From Candidatus Hadarchaeales archaeon (lineage in GTDB: Archaea > Hadarchaeota > Hadarchaeia > Hadarchaeales > Hadarchaeaceae), in NCBI GenBank assembly GCA_038823825.1, contig JAWBCC010000001.1:150001-182000 (forward strand): DNA of 32,000 nucleotides. Reading direction: 5' to 3'. A program made the translations under genes and the position numbers. The notes below the pieces were generated by a model. It was not told the origin of the DNA. It made no database searches and saw nothing but the letters and a program-made list of their open reading frames with translations. Shown here piece by piece: positions 9,043-18,058 of the stretch (its first letter is position 1; each line of letters starts with the position of its first letter).

Positions 9043-11298
9043 ATGAAATACATTTGCATCCATGGTCATTTTTACCAGCCACCCAGGGAAAATCCATGGC
9101 TTGAGGAAGTTGAGACCCAAACTTCTGCGTATCCATATCACGACTGGAATGACAAAATAAACTCCGAGTGTTACGCCCCCAACGCCTTTGCCCGCTTTAT
9201 CGACGGAGATTTTGTGAGCAATTACGAATTCATGAGTTTTGATTTTGGTCCAACCCTCTTGAACTGGCTGGAGAGGCATTCTCCAGAAGTTTATGAGAAG
9301 ATCTTGAGCGCCGACGGAAAATCCCAAAAGAGATTTTCTGGCCATGGTTCGGCAATTGCTCATCCATATTTCCATGTGATTCTCCCTCTTGCCAATGACC
9401 TTGACAAGCGCACAATTGTTGCCTGGGGTGTGCGGGACTTCGAAAGAAGATTTGGCAGAAAACCTGAAGGAATGTGGCTTCCGGAAATGGCTGTGGATCT
9501 GAAGACTTTAGAAATCTTGGCTGATTTCGGGATAAAGTTTACCATTCTCTCACCTCACCAGGCTAAAAGGGTGAAATATGCGGGCAAAGGGTGGCAAGAA
9601 ACAGGTGGTAGAATTAATCCGAGAATTCCGTATGTCTGCAGACTTCCATCAGGCAGGGAAATGTTCATTCTTTTCCGCGATGATGTTATTTCAAACGATG
9701 TCGCATTCGGCGGCCTAGCCAAAAACGGTCAAGAATTGGCTAAAAGACTGGAAAATTCTGTCTCAGATTCTGAAATCGTTTTGGTTGCCGTAGATGGAGA
9801 AACATTTGGTCATCACACGCCCTGCGGTTCTCGGGAACTCTCCAAGTGTGTAGAGGTCCTATCCGGGAAAGATAATGTACAGCTCACGATACCGGCTGAG
9901 TATCTAGAACATAATCCCCCTAGGGCGGAGGTAGAAATTCGCGAGAACACTTCTTGGAGTTGTTTCCATGGCGTGGAAAGATGGAGGAGAAACTGTGGGT
10001 GTAACACCGGCATGCATCCCAATTGGTCGCAGGAGTGGAGGGAGCCTCTGCGTAAGGCGATGGAATGGCTCAACAGGCATCTTATCGAAATATATGAGTG
10101 TTTTTCGTCGGAATATCTCAAGGATTCGTGGGCTGCCAGGGATGATTATATTGAAATATTGGCGGATAGAAGCCCAGAAAACATTGAGAAGTTCTTCTCC
10201 AAGCACGCTCGCAGAAGATTGACCCAAGAGGAGAAGATCAAGGTTACTCTGCTGCTCGAAATGGAGAGGCAGGCGATGCAGATGTTTACAAGTTGTGGCT
10301 GGTTCTTCGATGACATCTCAGATATCTCGTCGATCCAAATACTCTCACAAGCTTCTAGGGCGATGCAGCTGGCGAGGCAGGTTACGGGTATATATCTTGA
10401 GGGAAGCTTCTTGGAAATTCTAAAGGAAGCCAGAAGCAACATTTCACAATTCGGAAACGGTTCCATGATATACCGCAATGTTGTGCTCCCCCTGAAGACC
10501 GATCTGAAAAGAGTTGCGGCAAATTTTGCTCTAATTTTCCTGCAGTCCGAATATCCAAATTCCTTCAAGTTTTATGTTTACAGAATTGAGAACAAGTTGC
10601 ACAATGATGTTCAAAAGGACGGGCATAGGCTAGTGGCTGGCCGGATGAAGATCTCCAGCGAAGCAACCCTCGAGCAGGAGGAGTTAGACTTTGTTGCCTT
10701 GAGAAGCAACACTATGCTCGCCTGGATCTCCAAAGCTGGGAGCTGGAATCTAGACGGAATTCTCGAGCTTTTCTTAGAGAATGGGGCGGGTGCTGTTATC
10801 AGCTATTTCCGCAGATCTGGGGAAAGGGAGCACACCATTTCTGAACTGTTCGACGAGGAGCGAAGAGAGATGTTCACACGTCTTCTCGATTCAGAGCTTC
10901 TCATGGAACTCCGAAAATCTCTCATGAGGTTGAAATTTGTCGAGCAGGGATTTCTCTCCGGAGTTCGTCTGTTGTGGCTACTCGCTCTTCTTTCTGAACT
11001 GAGGGGAGCAGTGGAAAAGCTAGATTTCGAGAAAGCAAGATCTACACTCCTCGAGCTCCGGCAAGCCGGTTTTGAGCCATGCATAGAGCAGGTTTCTCTG
11101 ATGAGACAAAAGCTTCGTGAGTTAATCGCATCCTCGGACGTAGAAAAGTTGGAAAAGATGATCGACCTACTCGACATGGTCCGACCAGGTGTTGACGAAT
11201 GGCTGGTAAGAACTTTTGCCATTCGCAAGCTTCACACCGGAAGTTCCGGAAAAGAGGCTGAAATCCTGCGAAGGATACTGGGTGGTGGCATATGCTGA
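9043..11298 (+). CDS. GH57-family glycoside hydrolase with a long helical C-terminal extension (DUF3536-like architecture)
   Basis: N-terminal CIHGHFYQPPRENPW. Candidate nucleophile region PEGMWLPEMAVD and acid/base region VAVDGETFGHH. The ~350-aa C-terminal region is Leu/Glu-rich. The start is 7 nt after the glgB stop. Confidence 0.8.
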   Translation: MKYICIHGHFYQPPRENPWLEEVETQTSAYPYHDWNDKINSECYAPNAFARFIDGDFVSNYEFMSFDFGPTLLNWLERHSPEVYEKILSADGKSQKRFSGHGSAIAHPYFHVILPLANDLDKRTIVAWGVRDFERRFGRKPEGMWLPEMAVDLKTLEILADFGIKFTILSPHQAKRVKYAGKGWQETGGRINPRIPYVCRLPSGREMFILFRDDVISNDVAFGGLAKNGQELAKRLENSVSDSEIVLVAVDGETFGHHTPCGSRELSKCVEVLSGKDNVQLTIPAEYLEHNPPRAEVEIRENTSWSCFHGVERWRRNCGCNTGMHPNWSQEWREPLRKAMEWLNRHLIEIYECFSSEYLKDSWAARDDYIEILADRSPENIEKFFSKHARRRLTQEEKIKVTLLLEMERQAMQMFTSCGWFFDDISDISSIQILSQASRAMQLARQVTGIYLEGSFLEILKEARSNISQFGNGSMIYRNVVLPLKTDLKRVAANFALIFLQSEYPNSFKFYVYRIENKLHNDVQKDGHRLVAGRMKISSEATLEQEELDFVALRSNTMLAWISKAGSWNLDGILELFLENGAGAVISYFRRSGEREHTISELFDEERREMFTRLLDSELLMELRKSLMRLKFVEQGFLSGVRLLWLLALLSELRGAVEKLDFEKARSTLLELRQAGFEPCIEQVSLMRQKLRELIASSDVEKLEKMIDLLDMVRPGVDEWLVRTFAIRKLHTGSSGKEAEILRRILGGGIC

Positions 11299-12770
11299 AG
11301 AGAGGAAGTGGAATTGTTTTACACGTATCTTCCTTACCTGCAGAATTTGGTGTGGGAGATTTTGGCTCCAAATGCCTAGAATTTCTGGATTTCTTAGCCG
11401 AGGCCGGTCAGAGGATTTGGCAGGTTTTGCCGCTTACGCCAACAGATCCATCAACAGGGAATTCGCCGTACGTGAGCAGTTCCCTCTTTGCAGGAAATGA
11501 GCTTTTAGTTAGTCCAGAACTTTTGGCTCGCGATGGTCTTCTAGATCTCTCACAAATCTCCTATTTACCACACGGACCAGTCGACTATCAGACCGTCACA
11601 GATTTAAAGAGGAAAATCTTAGATAAGGCTTTCTCGAATTTTGGCGAAAAGAAGGAACTGGAAGAATTTGCTGGACAGAACTCCTACTGGTTGGAAGATT
11701 ATGCGCTTTTCACGGTTCTCAAGCGGAAATTCGGGACTGAATGGAGCAGATGGCCAAAGGAAGTTAGAGAGAGAAACTGGAAGGTTCTTCAAAGCATTAG
11801 ACTCGAAAAACAGAAAGAAATAAAACGCGTGATTTTCGGTCAGTACATTTTCTTCAAGCAATGGGAAGAAATTAGGCGAAGGTGTAAAGAATTAGGGATA
11901 AAGATTTTAGGAGACATACCTATATATCCCGCATACGATAGCTGCGATGTCTGGGCTCATCCGGAACTCTTCAAACTTGACGAGAGGCTGCTGCCTACGC
12001 ACATTTCTGGTGTTCCTCCAGATTATTTTTCCCCGACCGGACAACTTTGGGGAACTCCCGTCTATAGGTGGTCGGAACACGAGAAAGATGGTTTCGCCTG
12101 GTGGTTATCTAGAGTAGAGCATGCCTTGAAACTCTTTGATTTGGTCAGAATAGATCACTTTAGGGGTTTGGTGGCGTACTGGGAAGTAGAAGCTGGACAG
12201 ACGACAGCGATCAACGGCAGATGGGTCCCAGCTCCAGCAGAGAAACTTCTCAGTCGTGTCAAACAGAAATTCCCTGAAATGCCGTTTGTAGCTGAGGATC
12301 TGGGCGTGATAACCTCAGATGTCGTTGAGGTCATTAAAAAATTCAACTTACCCGGGATGAGAGTCCTGATCTTTGGATTCGGTGACGATTTTCCAGAGAG
12401 CATTCATTTACCTCACCGCTTTGACGAACACTGTTTGGCGTACACGGGGACCCACGATACGAACACCGTTCGAGGCTGGTTTGAGAATGAAGCGAATCCT
12501 CAAGTTAGGAGCAGAGTTTTCCATTACTTGAGAAAGGAAGTAAAATCAGATGAGCTCCCCTTCGAGTTCATCAAATTGGTCATGTTTTCCAGAGCTCTAG
12601 TCTCAATGATTCCTGCCCAAGATCTGCTTGGACTCGGAAGCGAGGCGAGAATGAACGTTCCCGGAACGGCGAGCGGAAATTGGAGGTGGAGGCTTTTACC
12701 TGGACAGCTGACGAGAGAACTTGCAAAGAAACTTAGAGAGCTAACCGAATCTGCAGGCAGAACGGGTTAA
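11292..12770 (+). CDS. malQ: 4-alpha-glucanotransferase (amylomaltase, GH77)
   Basis: RGSGIVLHVSSLPAEFGVGDFG; catalytic-triad contexts VRIDHFRGL, FVAEDLGV, AYTGTHDTN. ATGCTGA start/stop overlap with the upstream gene. Confidence 0.9.
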   Translation: MLKRGSGIVLHVSSLPAEFGVGDFGSKCLEFLDFLAEAGQRIWQVLPLTPTDPSTGNSPYVSSSLFAGNELLVSPELLARDGLLDLSQISYLPHGPVDYQTVTDLKRKILDKAFSNFGEKKELEEFAGQNSYWLEDYALFTVLKRKFGTEWSRWPKEVRERNWKVLQSIRLEKQKEIKRVIFGQYIFFKQWEEIRRRCKELGIKILGDIPIYPAYDSCDVWAHPELFKLDERLLPTHISGVPPDYFSPTGQLWGTPVYRWSEHEKDGFAWWLSRVEHALKLFDLVRIDHFRGLVAYWEVEAGQTTAINGRWVPAPAEKLLSRVKQKFPEMPFVAEDLGVITSDVVEVIKKFNLPGMRVLIFGFGDDFPESIHLPHRFDEHCLAYTGTHDTNTVRGWFENEANPQVRSRVFHYLRKEVKSDELPFEFIKLVMFSRALVSMIPAQDLLGLGSEARMNVPGTASGNWRWRLLPGQLTRELAKKLRELTESAGRTG

Positions 12771-14137
12771 TCGTTTGATCCTTCAAGTGCTTTAAGAACC
12801 CGAAAGACATCAAGTTCGCCGAGGGGTTTTCCTTGAACCTGTAGGCCCACTGGTATTCCGTCTACTTCTCCTACTTTCACAACACCTCCGCATATTCCGG
12901 CTAAATTTGCCGGAACCGTCAGATAGTCGTAGCTATACATCTCCATTGGCGCAAGTTTGGTTCCGAGTCTATGTGGAAGTTTTGGAACAGTCGGGCCAAC
13001 GATCACGTCAACATTACTGAGAACGCGCATCAGCTCTTCTTTTATTATCGTTCTGACTTGAAGAGCCCGCTGGTAGTATTTCCCCCGGTATTCCTTGCGA
13101 CTTATGTATGAACCGCGTCTTATCCTTCGTAAAACTTCCTCGCCGCAGACTTCTTCTATTCTTTTTCCGTACTTTCTTCCGTCAAACTTCCTAGTAGCCG
13201 AAAAAAATTCGACGGAGACGATGAGATAATATGCCGGTAAAGCTTTCTCGAGATTTGGAAGGTCTACCTCTACGATTTCCGCTCCGAGATCTCTTAACCT
13301 TTCAACTGCTCCATCGATGACTTCCATTATCCGCTCATCCGTGAGAAGGCGGAATTTTTCACTCACGCCGATTTTCATGCCTTTTATGTCGTCAGTCAAC
13401 TTTCCCAAATATTGAACTTTTTTGACATCGAGCATCATACATTCTTTCTCATTTTTTCCTGCCATGACTTCCAGAAGAAGCGCGGCCCCGTCGACGTCAG
13501 TAGCGAGCGGTCCTATTTGATCGAGACTCATGCCCAGATCTATCAAGCCATGTCTGGGAACCAGTCCATACGTTGGCTTTATCCCAACGATTCCACAGTG
13601 GCTTGCGGGATTTCTTATTGATCCGCCAGTGTCTGTCCCGAGGGCCAGATCGCAGAATTCCGCCGCAACCGCCGCTGCACTCCCGCTGCTCGATCCTCCG
13701 GGTATCCTGCCGGGTGCTGAGGGGTTATCTGTCGGACCGAATGCGCTGCTTTCTCCGCTCGATCCGCAGGCGAACTCATCCATGTTGGTCATCCCTATGA
13801 TGATCCCATCCTCTCTCTTGATTCTTTTGATGACCTCCGCATCGTAGGGACAGACGTAATCCTCAAGCGTTTTCGATGCGCATGTTGCTCTGAGACCCAA
13901 AACATTTATGTTTGATTTGACGGCTATCGCCAGCCCGGCCAGTTTACCGATCTTTTCACCTCTTTTTATTTTTTCGTCGATTTTCCTAGCCTCTTCAATG
14001 GCATTTGGGTTGATTTCTATGAACGCGTTTATTTTTCCGTTTAGCTTTTCAATCCTCTCGAGGAATTCTAGAACATTTTCCTCGGCAGAGATCTCCCCAT
14101 TCCTAATTTTTTCCAACTTCTCTAGCGTTCTACCCAA
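12767..14137 (-). CDS. gatA: Asp/Glu-tRNA amidotransferase subunit A (amidase-signature enzyme)
   Basis: GGSSSGSAAAVAA and GTDTGGSIRNPAS amidase-signature motifs. TTG start preceded by GGTGGAGGT. 16-nt overlap with the upstream small gene. Confidence 0.88.
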   Translation of the reverse strand: MGRTLEKLEKIRNGEISAEENVLEFLERIEKLNGKINAFIEINPNAIEEARKIDEKIKRGEKIGKLAGLAIAVKSNINVLGLRATCASKTLEDYVCPYDAEVIKRIKREDGIIIGMTNMDEFACGSSGESSAFGPTDNPSAPGRIPGGSSSGSAAAVAAEFCDLALGTDTGGSIRNPASHCGIVGIKPTYGLVPRHGLIDLGMSLDQIGPLATDVDGAALLLEVMAGKNEKECMMLDVKKVQYLGKLTDDIKGMKIGVSEKFRLLTDERIMEVIDGAVERLRDLGAEIVEVDLPNLEKALPAYYLIVSVEFFSATRKFDGRKYGKRIEEVCGEEVLRRIRRGSYISRKEYRGKYYQRALQVRTIIKEELMRVLSNVDVIVGPTVPKLPHRLGTKLAPMEMYSYDYLTVPANLAGICGGVVKVGEVDGIPVGLQVQGKPLGELDVFRVLKALEGSND

Positions 14138-14364
14138 GTCGCAACCTCCACCCGGATATTACCTTCTTCATCTTTTTTCGGTGCTATAGAGAGAAATCTT
14201 TTTCTGAATTCTGCGAGTTTTTCCTTGTTCGGTGGAGCATCTTCTCTTGTTGTGTTATACATCTCGTAACTGTAGTAAGTTTCCTTGGTCTCCGGTAGAT
14301 CTCGCACCGCCTGCAAGAAGGATTGAATTATCTCCTCCGCGGCCTTTTCGATGTCTTCGCTCAT
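14122..14364 (-). CDS. Small acidic protein, probable GatC-like amidotransferase subunit
   Basis: 80 aa, translationally overlapped with gatA. The C-terminal pattern TREDAPP...SIAPKKDEEGNIRVEV resembles the GatC 'REDxx...NAPxxxxGxFxVP' tail. The N-terminal half is not obviously GatC-like. Confidence 0.5.
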   Translation of the reverse strand: MSEDIEKAAEEIIQSFLQAVRDLPETKETYYSYEMYNTTREDAPPNKEKLAEFRKRFLSIAPKKDEEGNIRVEVATWVER

Positions 14365-14428
14365 CTGATAAACTTCTGTTCACCAATAAAAAACGATGAT
14401 TTAAGGGTGTAGGAAGGAGTTTTACTTG

Positions 14429-14581
14429 ATGAGAAAAGATATTCTCAGTTGTCCGAGGTGCGGTTTCACGTTCAGCAGATCTTATGCTAGGATAACATCT
14501 TGTAGCGGTTGTCCGACCTCAGTATCTGGTTGTCCAATGATAAAGTGTCCAAAGTGCGGGCATGAGTTTAGGGTGACATAA
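14429..14581 (+). CDS. 50-aa cysteine-rich (7 Cys) zinc-ribbon-like micro-protein, absent from the ORF track because it is under 60 aa
   Basis: My translation: MRKDILSCPRCGFTFSRSYARITSCSGCPTSVSGCPMIKCPKCGHEFRVT. AGGAAGGAG lies at 14411-14419, ~10 nt upstream of the ATG. The stop TAA (14579-14581) shares its last A with the ATG of the radical SAM gene (TAATG). Paired CxxC motifs: CPRC, CSGC, CPKC. Confidence 0.6.
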   Translation: MRKDILSCPRCGFTFSRSYARITSCSGCPTSVSGCPMIKCPKCGHEFRVT

Positions 14582-15606
14582 TGAAGGTTGAAGCGAAATT
14601 CTGGGAGAAAATGTCCGGAAAGAAAGTCCGATGTTTTCTCTGTGCGAGAAGATGCGAGATTGCAGATGGGAAAACAGGCGTGTGCAGGGCGAGAATAAAC
14701 GAGGATGGAAAGATGTTCTCGCTCGTTTACGGCTCGATCGTCTCGATGGCCGTAGATCCGATAGAGAAAAAACCGCTTTATCATTTTTGGCCCGGAAGCG
14801 ATGTCTTTTCAATAGCGGCTCCCGGCTGCAACTTCTTCTGCAAGCACTGTCAGAACTGGGAAATTTCGCAGGCCAGCATATTCGACATTCCATGTGAGGA
14901 GATTCCTCCAGAGAGGCTCGTTGACATGACAGAGGAAAGCGGTTCTTCCGGTATCGCTCATACTTACACGGAGCCAACGCTTTGGTCTGAGTACGCGATC
15001 GATGTCGGGAAAATCGCTCACAAGAGAAATCTTTACAACGTTTATGTTACGAACGGCTTCATGACGATTGAAGCTCTGGAAGAAATAGGTAAATACATCG
15101 ACGCTGCAAACGTCGATGTAAAAGCCTTTTCTGAAGATTTTTACCGCAGGATTTGTGGGGTTACAAGCATACAACCTGTGCTCGAATCTTGCGAATGGAT
15201 GGTCGAACATGGGGTTCATCTTGAGATCACATATCTCATAATTCCGGGAGAAAATGATGGACGTGAAGAGATAGAAAAATTCAGCAGATGGGTGGTTGAA
15301 AAACTCGGCGAAAATGTGCCGGTTCACTTCAGCAGATTTTATCCACACTTCAAAATGACGGACAAACCCCCAACACCGGTGGAGACGCTAGAGATGGCCG
15401 TTGAAATCGCGAGGAAAGCCGGTGTGAAGTTCGTGTACATCGGAAATGTTCCGGGCCACGAGTTCGACAACACATACTGTCCAAGCTGTGGAGGTCTGCT
15501 AATCGAGAGGCGCGGCTTCTACATAACCGAGTATAGAGTGAGAAACGGAAAGTGTCCGGACTGCGGGGAAAAAATCCCGATCGTTGGAAGATATTTAAAA
15601 CGATGA
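14581..15606 (+). CDS. AmmeMemoRadiSam-system-type radical SAM enzyme (PFL-activase-like)
   Basis: CNFFCKHCQNW is the CX3CX2C radical SAM cluster. The family-typical N-terminus is KVRCFLCARRCEIADGKTGVCRARINEDGKMFSLVYG...DPIEKKPLYHF. A C-terminal zinc ribbon is present (CPSCGG...CPDCG). Confidence 0.85.
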   Translation: MKVEAKFWEKMSGKKVRCFLCARRCEIADGKTGVCRARINEDGKMFSLVYGSIVSMAVDPIEKKPLYHFWPGSDVFSIAAPGCNFFCKHCQNWEISQASIFDIPCEEIPPERLVDMTEESGSSGIAHTYTEPTLWSEYAIDVGKIAHKRNLYNVYVTNGFMTIEALEEIGKYIDAANVDVKAFSEDFYRRICGVTSIQPVLESCEWMVEHGVHLEITYLIIPGENDGREEIEKFSRWVVEKLGENVPVHFSRFYPHFKMTDKPPTPVETLEMAVEIARKAGVKFVYIGNVPGHEFDNTYCPSCGGLLIERRGFYITEYRVRNGKCPDCGEKIPIVGRYLKR

Positions 15607-15611
15607 AAAAG

Positions 15612-15641
15612 TTGACTTTTCTTGAGCGATGGATCTTTTTT
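15612..15641. terminator. Oligo-T/oligo-A tracts between convergent genes; possible archaeal intrinsic terminators
   Basis: gacttttctt and a T6 run (15636-15641) lie downstream of the + strand gene. An A5 run (15606-10) lies downstream of the minus-strand gene. The gap is only 33 nt. Confidence 0.3.
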
Positions 15642-16986
15642 ACAGTCCACTAAGGCACGACTTTAATTCTCTCATTCCGATTTCTGCCAGTTCTTTTGCT
15701 CTCTCTGGAGTCTTGGCTTCAGCAAAGCATCTGAATATCGGCTCTGTGCCGGATGGTCTGACGATGAACCATCCATCTTCGAAATCCACTCTAACACCGT
15801 CAATCGTGCATATCCTTTCTCCAGAGAATTTATTTCGGAGGACTTCCATGACCTTTTGTTTTAGTTCATGCGGACACTCGATCCTCATCTTTACTTGGTA
15901 GTATTTCGGGAGTGTGTTGTTTAGCTCAGAAACTTTTAGACCGCTTTCTGCCAGCTCGGCGATGAATTGGACAGCAGTCATTATTCCATCCCGACAGGGA
16001 GTCCAGTCAAAGAAAAGAACACCACCGTTTTCTTCCCCTCCGATATCTCCACCATTTCTTTTGTATTCTCCCACGATTTCCGGCTCTCCAACCTTAGTTC
16101 TCACGACGCTACCACCAAGTCTCTCCGCTACATCGTCAATAACGGAGCTCGTTGCCACCGTGGTGATTATTTTAGGATTTCTTCTCCCGCGCAGATAGTG
16201 AAGTGCGGCAATGGCGAAGGTTCTATCGCCCATCAAAATTTCTCCATTTTCGTCCACGATCGCCGTCCTGTCAGCGTCTCCATCATGCGCGATTCCAACG
16301 TCGGCCTCACACGCCACGACTGCTTTTGACAGTTCTCCCAGATTTTCCGGAACTGGTTCGAGTTTTCTCGCTGGAAATGTTCCATCGAGCTGGGAATTCA
16401 TGGAGATAACTTCACATCCAAGATCCCTCAGGATGTATGGAGTGACCAGAGCGCCGACAGCGTTTCCGCAATCAACGACGACTTTCAGCTTTCTCTCAAA
16501 TTTTGGGATTTTGGTCAGAAGATTCCGGACATAGGGCTCAATAGCGTCGGCCGTGGAGCTTTTTCCACATTTTTCCCAGCTCACAGTTTTTCCGTTTTCC
16601 TCAACGATTTTTTCTATCTCCGTTTCGCGTTCTCTTTCGAAACCTGCTCCGTCAGAGCCCAAGAATTTTATCCCATTGTATTCCGCCGGGTTGTGCGATG
16701 CCGTTATGATAACTCCAGCATCACAGGAGAAGTATCTGACAGCAAAAGAAAGAACGGGGGTGGGCGTTAGTCCTAGTCTGAGAACATCACAACCACCAGC
16801 CATAAGACCTGCTGCGACTGCTTGCTCGAACATCTCTCCCGAAGTTCTGTTATCTCTCCCGATCGCAACAGTTCCGGTTCCTCCCAAGTGGGTGGCTAAG
16901 GCGAGACCGAGTTTGTATGCGAGTTCTGGCGTGAGCTCACGGTTCACGATTCCTCTGACCCCAAAGGTTCCGAACAGCTTTCCCAT
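15640..16986 (-). CDS. Phosphoglucosamine/phosphohexose mutase (alpha-D-phosphohexomutase family)
   Basis: MGKLFGTFGVRG N-terminus; phosphoserine loop TASHNPAEYNGIKF; Mg site GIAHDGDADR; sugar and phosphate loops GGEENGG and RPSGTEP. ATG 16986 is preferred over the track's TTG at 16995. Confidence 0.88.
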   Translation of the reverse strand: MGKLFGTFGVRGIVNRELTPELAYKLGLALATHLGGTGTVAIGRDNRTSGEMFEQAVAAGLMAGGCDVLRLGLTPTPVLSFAVRYFSCDAGVIITASHNPAEYNGIKFLGSDGAGFERERETEIEKIVEENGKTVSWEKCGKSSTADAIEPYVRNLLTKIPKFERKLKVVVDCGNAVGALVTPYILRDLGCEVISMNSQLDGTFPARKLEPVPENLGELSKAVVACEADVGIAHDGDADRTAIVDENGEILMGDRTFAIAALHYLRGRRNPKIITTVATSSVIDDVAERLGGSVVRTKVGEPEIVGEYKRNGGDIGGEENGGVLFFDWTPCRDGIMTAVQFIAELAESGLKVSELNNTLPKYYQVKMRIECPHELKQKVMEVLRNKFSGERICTIDGVRVDFEDGWFIVRPSGTEPIFRCFAEAKTPERAKELAEIGMRELKSCLSGL

Positions 16987-17023
16987 TTCAACCAAACTAC
17001 TCGCACGCAGCAGGATTAAATCC

Positions 17024-17032
17024 TTTATGTAA
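17024..17032 (+). promoter_or_regulatory. TATA-like box for the tRNA gene
   Basis: 'tttatgtaa' is centred ~25 nt upstream of tRNA position 1 (17053). Confidence 0.4.
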
Positions 17033-17052
17033 GTACTCGTTGAGATATCTTT

Positions 17053-17151
<99 letters not shown>

Positions 17152-17205
17152 TGCTCATATCAGCTCTATGGCGTTGGTCGGTCCACCAAAGATTTTCCTG
17201 TTTTT

Positions 17206-18012
17206 CTAAATCTTCCTATGCAAAATTTCAAGAGAAATCTCGGCCGCTCGCTTGCCTGAGAGGAGCATTCCCCCAAATATTGCCCCCATTCTTGGGGATC
17301 CGAAAACCGTGTTTGCAGCCATACCAGTTACAATTAATCCCGGCCATATCTCCCTAGTGTTGCTCAGCACCTCTTCTTCAGCTTTTTCAGCCCACATCGG
17401 TCCCTCTCCGATAACCACACCAGTCTTAGTAGGAAATCTAGCCTCAGGGATCTTTTTCTGCACGATTCTAGCTATTGATGCGTCATGACCCGTCGCATCT
17501 ATGACAATCTTGGATTTCACCGCCACCGGGTCGACATGCATGCCGGCAATCTGTACGGCTTTCCAGTTCAGAACGATTCCGCAGATTTTCCCCTCTTCTC
17601 GGACAACAACATCTTCCGCAGCCATCCCTACCATTATGTTTGCGCCAGCGTCTATCGCTCTGGCTGCGAGTTTGCAGATCACCTCGACCGAATCAGCAGT
17701 ATACAATCCACTGCCGGCTTCCTTCATTTTGATTCCTATCTCTTCGAGAATGCTTCGGGCGCTCTCCTGCACGACAACTTTTGGAAAAAGAACTCCTCCG
17801 CCCCACATTCCTCCTCCTATGTGGAGGTTTCTCTCGAACACCCCCACTCTGACTTTTTTCTCCGCCAGATATTTAGCCGCGGTGAGGCCAGAAGGGCCCG
17901 CTCCGACAACAGCAACATCTAGGTCGAGAAGCTTTTGAAAATCGGACGTGAATCGCTCGAGAATCGCTTTGGTTATCGATTCCTCCTCGATGTTTTGAGC
18001 TCTTTTAAACAT
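17206..18012 (-). CDS. thi4: Thiazole synthase Thi4, His-type (sulfide-dependent ADP-thiazole synthase class)
   Basis: DVAVVGAGPSGLTAAKYLA dinucleotide fold; HIGGGMWGGG; IDATGHDAS carries His where the suicide yeast-type enzyme has Cys. Confidence 0.88.
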   Translation of the reverse strand: MFKRAQNIEEESITKAILERFTSDFQKLLDLDVAVVGAGPSGLTAAKYLAEKKVRVGVFERNLHIGGGMWGGGVLFPKVVVQESARSILEEIGIKMKEAGSGLYTADSVEVICKLAARAIDAGANIMVGMAAEDVVVREEGKICGIVLNWKAVQIAGMHVDPVAVKSKIVIDATGHDASIARIVQKKIPEARFPTKTGVVIGEGPMWAEKAEEEVLSNTREIWPGLIVTGMAANTVFGSPRMGAIFGGMLLSGKRAAEISLEILHRKI

Positions 18013-18058
18013 TCATAACCACCCGGTAATTCTAGGATTTCCACTTCTTAATGGGTTT

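Noticed and set aside
18013-18058. Possible TPP riboswitch upstream of thi4.
   Set aside because: The gap is only 46 nt, too short for a TPP aptamer plus expression platform. It contains just an SD-like GGTGG, so thi4 is more likely co-transcribed with purU.
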